DNA of 64,000 nt from Candidatus Bathyarchaeota archaeon (GTDB taxonomy: Archaea > Thermoproteota > Bathyarchaeia > Bathyarchaeales > Bathycorpusculaceae), in contig CAVTZU010000018.1 of the NCBI GenBank assembly GCA_963739305.1, positions 64,001 to 128,000 on the forward strand, in the 5' to 3' direction. Both the position numbers and the translations under genes were made by a program. Positions within the stretch are counted from its first letter, which is position 1. Each line of letters opens with the position of its first letter. The notes beneath the pieces were generated by a model. The model ran no database searches. It saw nothing but the letters and a program-made list of their open reading frames with translations, and was not told the origin of the DNA. Shown one piece after another: positions 60,808 through 64,000 of the stretch.

Positions 60808-61038
60808 GTGGAAACAAGTTTCAAGGAAATACGCGAGAAATATCGTTCTGTCAAGACCGGAAAGTCCAGCATTGACGTTTTCTCTCTGAAATCAGAAATT
60901 GAGACCTATGTGAAGAGTCAGCAAGGTTCGAAAACAAGAAACAGCAATTCTTTGGCGGAGGCAGAGGACATGTTGATTGATGTGACACAGATGATTGAAG
61001 AGGGCCACTGCAACCCTCTAAGAAATAAGAAGCTGTAA
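60808..61038 (+). CDS. Small hypothetical protein
   Basis: 76-aa ORF 18 nt after the GcvH-like gene, C-terminal GHCNP. Confidence 0.55.
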   Translation: METSFKEIREKYRSVKTGKSSIDVFSLKSEIETYVKSQQGSKTRNSNSLAEAEDMLIDVTQMIEEGHCNPLRNKKL

Positions 61039-61122
61039 GTCATACTTCTGTCTGAGTTGGAACTATGAAGAAAATTCCGTTTGTCGCCCGCGCTAGTACT
61101 GAAATGAGGCTGTGATTAAGAC

Positions 61123-61557
61123 TTGGAAAAGACTAAAGTCATTTTTCTATGTGTAGGAAATTCGGCACGGAGCCAAATGGCTGAAGCATTCCTAAGAAAA
61201 TATGCAGGTAATCATTTCGAGGTCTACAGTGCAGGCTTCGAACCCCGACCCATCCACCCTTACACCATCAAGGTGATGAGAGAACTGGGATATGACTTGA
61301 GTGGCCAGCATCCAAAGGAGTTGAAACAGTATCTTGGAAAGATACATTTCGGGATAGTCATAACAGTATGTGAAAAAGCAGAAAAGACGTGCCCTATGAT
61401 ACCAGGGGCATCCACTAGATTGTATTGGCCATTCGAAGACCCAGCAGCATTTCAAGGAACTGAAGAGGAGAAATTAGCCAAATTCCGAGAAGTTCGAGAT
61501 AAAATCAACGAAAAGATAAAAACATGGCTGAAAGACAGAGGCATCGCGGAAAACTGA
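61123..61557 (+). CDS. arsC: Arsenate reductase ArsC (LMW-PTP fold, thioredoxin-coupled type)
   Basis: FLCVGNSARSQMAE, TVC...TCP, WPFEDP. Confidence 0.88.
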   Translation: MEKTKVIFLCVGNSARSQMAEAFLRKYAGNHFEVYSAGFEPRPIHPYTIKVMRELGYDLSGQHPKELKQYLGKIHFGIVITVCEKAEKTCPMIPGASTRLYWPFEDPAAFQGTEEEKLAKFREVRDKINEKIKTWLKDRGIAEN

Positions 61558-61672
61558 AAACCTCAAGATAATCGCGCGTCCAATATAGGCGATGAGGTTA
61601 CGGTTAGTTTTCCAAGCGAAAAAAGTTATGTATTCGCATATGCAAGTGGATGGTTAAGGGAGGAATTAGCTG

Positions 61673-62335
61673 TTGAGTGATCTCCTCTTGAAGTGGTTTG
61701 AGAAACGCAGAGAATCAAAAGCTTTAGCTCCGATGCAACGCCATCTTGCGATAACAATGAGCTCAGTTGAAGACCTTGAAAGTGCAGTAAAAGCAGCAGT
61801 TGATCTCAACGAAAAAGAAGCCAAGGCTGCAATAGGAAGGGTCACAAGTTCTGAGAAGGAAGCCGATGGACTGAGGAGAGCCGTTATGACTGAACTGGCA
61901 TGCGGGGAGTTGCCGCCCTCAGACAGAGAATACCTGATGAACTTAATGAAGTCCGTCGACATGGTCGCAGACTGTAGCCAAGAATCAAGCCGGCTCTTGA
62001 GTGCCATTCCAATGGAAGATGTGTCAGAAAACCTCAAAAAAGCGCTGGTCAAGATGGTGGAAGGCGCTAAAGAATGTGCCATGGCGCTGCGAAAATGCAT
62101 TAATAGCATACCGGAAAAACGCGAAGAAGCCTTAAAAGCAGCAGACGAAGTCGAACGATTAGAAGAGAAAGTCGACGACCTATTTGAAAACTCCAGACGT
62201 TTGATCGCCAGAGAGGAGAAGATTCGGGTAGGAACCGCCATATTACTGAATGATCTCTTTGAAGCTATTGAAATGGTTGCCAATCGATGTGAAGACGCCT
62301 GTGACCAAGTGAGAGTGATTGTCTGCTGCCGATAA
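61673..62335 (+). CDS. DUF47 / PhoU-like phosphate transport regulator
   Basis: EKEADGLRR, DMVAD, LEEKVDD, ANRCEDACD repeated helical motifs. Confidence 0.88.
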   Translation: MSDLLLKWFEKRRESKALAPMQRHLAITMSSVEDLESAVKAAVDLNEKEAKAAIGRVTSSEKEADGLRRAVMTELACGELPPSDREYLMNLMKSVDMVADCSQESSRLLSAIPMEDVSENLKKALVKMVEGAKECAMALRKCINSIPEKREEALKAADEVERLEEKVDDLFENSRRLIAREEKIRVGTAILLNDLFEAIEMVANRCEDACDQVRVIVCCR

Positions 62336-62416
62336 ATGTTTTAGAAGGTGGATGGACGACTATCGTCCACGGTAATTGTCGTAGCGCACGCCAGTAACGC
62401 GACAAGGTGTTTGTGA

Positions 62417-62911
62417 ATGGAAAAGATAAAAGTTCTTTTTTTGTGTGAACATAATTCCGCCCGATCGCAGATGGCTGAAGGTTTGCTTAGGCATCTGTAC
62501 GGTGAAAAGTATGAAGTGTTCAGCGCGGGCGCAAATCCGACGCAAGTCAATCCTTTTGCCATTAAGGTTATGGCCGAGATAGGGATAGATATTTCCAAGC
62601 AGACTTCCAAGAGCATTGAAGAGTTCCGAAACAAGGAAATCGACTTAGTCGTATCAGTGTGCAGAAGCAGTGCCAAGCTAATGTGTTCATTGTGTTCTTC
62701 ACCGATAGTCATGGGTAGACCAGAGATAATCAACACGACAATACCCGGAGCAAAACACTATCTTCACCATGGATTCAACGATCCTTCTGAGGTGGACGGG
62801 AGTGACGAGGAAAAAACCAAGGCCTTCCGACGCACAAGAGATGACATCAAACAGTGGATAATCGATAAATTTGCCGATCCAAAGACAGTAAACTCGGACA
62901 ATGATTTATAG
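62417..62911 (+). CDS. arsC: Second ArsC / LMW-PTP family protein with Cys-containing insertion
   Basis: FLCEHNSARSQMAE, VSVC, MCSLC insertion, FNDP. Confidence 0.8.
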   Translation: MEKIKVLFLCEHNSARSQMAEGLLRHLYGEKYEVFSAGANPTQVNPFAIKVMAEIGIDISKQTSKSIEEFRNKEIDLVVSVCRSSAKLMCSLCSSPIVMGRPEIINTTIPGAKHYLHHGFNDPSEVDGSDEEKTKAFRRTRDDIKQWIIDKFADPKTVNSDNDL

Positions 62912-63265
62912 GCGCGCTCTGCGCGATGTCAATTGAAAAATGTTATCACTCCTAGGGCGCCTTACTAGTCTGCGCGTTGATTGAGTACGGAGAATGTTTA
63001 TTTGTCCGTCTTGCATCCTAAAGTTTGTTAGGCGATGAAGCTCGCCTTTAACCGCCTTTGCTTCAAAAGATGCAGAGGCTGATAGCTTCTACCAGCATTT
63101 AATATAAATGAGTAGGTGCCAGGTTGCGTGAAGCAATGCGGTTCACTTCAAAGAGCACAGCTAATGTAATTCTGAACATACAACCGATCGCAGACTCGTT
63201 ATTGAGCAGACGACGAGTGAAGAATTTTGTGAACCGACAGAATGATGATGGAGGTTCAATGAAAC

Positions 63266-64000
63266 ATGAGTGAGGAATCAACGAGTGGCCAAAACTCTCG
63301 AAAATGGCTGAACAGAAACGTTGCCGCAATGGGTTTTACCAGTCTGTTCAGCGACATGAACCATGAAATGGCTACGGCGGTTCTCCCATTCTTCCTCGCA
63401 ACACTCGGGGCAGGACCTGAGATTTTGGGTCTGATCGAAGGGTTTTCCGACGTTTCTTCAAGCCTCGTAAAGTCTTTCGCGGGATATCTGAGCGACAAAC
63501 TTGGACGAAGGAAGCCTCTGCTAAACATTGGTTACGCTTTAACAGGCATATTCACACCCCTAATAGCATTAGCTACCTCGTGGTATCAAGTGCTCGTCTT
63601 AAGGGTTGGTGCTTGGACTGGAAGAGGAGCCCGTGGACCACCCAGAGATGCTTTACTGGCGGATTCCGTTTCTCCAGAAGTCAGAGGAAAAGCGTTCGGT
63701 TTCCACAGGACCATGGACACATTAGGCGCTGTTATCGGACCCGCCTTAGCCCTGTTCTTTCTAACTTTCCTGAATTATCGCCAGATAATTGCAATATCGG
63801 CAATCCCCGGTCTAGCAGCGTTGCTAGTAGTCCTTCTATTTGTACGTGAAGTCCGAAAAAAACCATCGCCAGACACTCCGATTGTCTCGGCTCATGGCGG
63901 CCTCGTCGTGAAGGACAAAGGATTTGTCACGTCGATCAAGACGCTTCCGAGGTCGTTTCAGCTCTTCCTTGTTGGCGTAGGCGTTTTTGGGCTGGGAAAT
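63266..64000 (+). CDS. MFS transporter (5' part, runs off window)
   Basis: Own translation: SLFSDMNHEM...GYLSDKLGRRKPL (MFS motif A), RGPPRDALL; absent from ORF track because it has no stop in the window. Confidence 0.88.
   Translation, partial: MSEESTSGQNSRKWLNRNVAAMGFTSLFSDMNHEMATAVLPFFLATLGAGPEILGLIEGFSDVSSSLVKSFAGYLSDKLGRRKPLLNIGYALTGIFTPLIALATSWYQVLVLRVGAWTGRGARGPPRDALLADSVSPEVRGKAFGFHRTMDTLGAVIGPALALFFLTFLNYRQIIAISAIPGLAALLVVLLFVREVRKKPSPDTPIVSAHGGLVVKDKGFVTSIKTLPRSFQLFLVGVGVFGLGN

Overview
Archaeal chromosome segment. The gene set (TFE, aTrm56, MBF1, NAC, archaeal ThrRS/ProRS, two tungsten AORs, ACD alpha, EndoQ, GH57, frequent TTG/GTG starts) fits a TACK archaeon, most likely Bathyarchaeia; this assignment is inference. 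Bases 1-45.5 kb are mostly core genes for information processing, amino-acid fermentation and glycolysis/alpha-glucan metabolism. From about 45.8 kb to the window end lies a metal/metalloid-response island built from two paralogous ArsR divergons that share an identical 19-bp palindromic promoter/operator. The island couples arsenic-type genes (ArsD-like, two ArsC, P1B ATPase, HMA chaperone) to an apparently uncharacterised lipoyl-carrier redox module: a stand-alone HdrA N-terminal-like domain, a ferredoxin, four DGC domains in three genes, a second GcvH-like protein, an intact LplA and a degenerate LplA fused to a thioredoxin-like domain. Separately, a 116-bp non-coding element (8-bp stem, A7, G-tract) occurs twice in inverted orientation, with a degenerate third core. 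Each copy anchors a multi-kb, one-sided A+C versus G+T strand-skew tract that is independent of gene orientation. At least seven small frameshifts in four genes look like long-read assembly errors. No tRNA, rRNA, CRISPR array or transposase was recognised. All family calls come from motif recognition by eye; no database searches were run.
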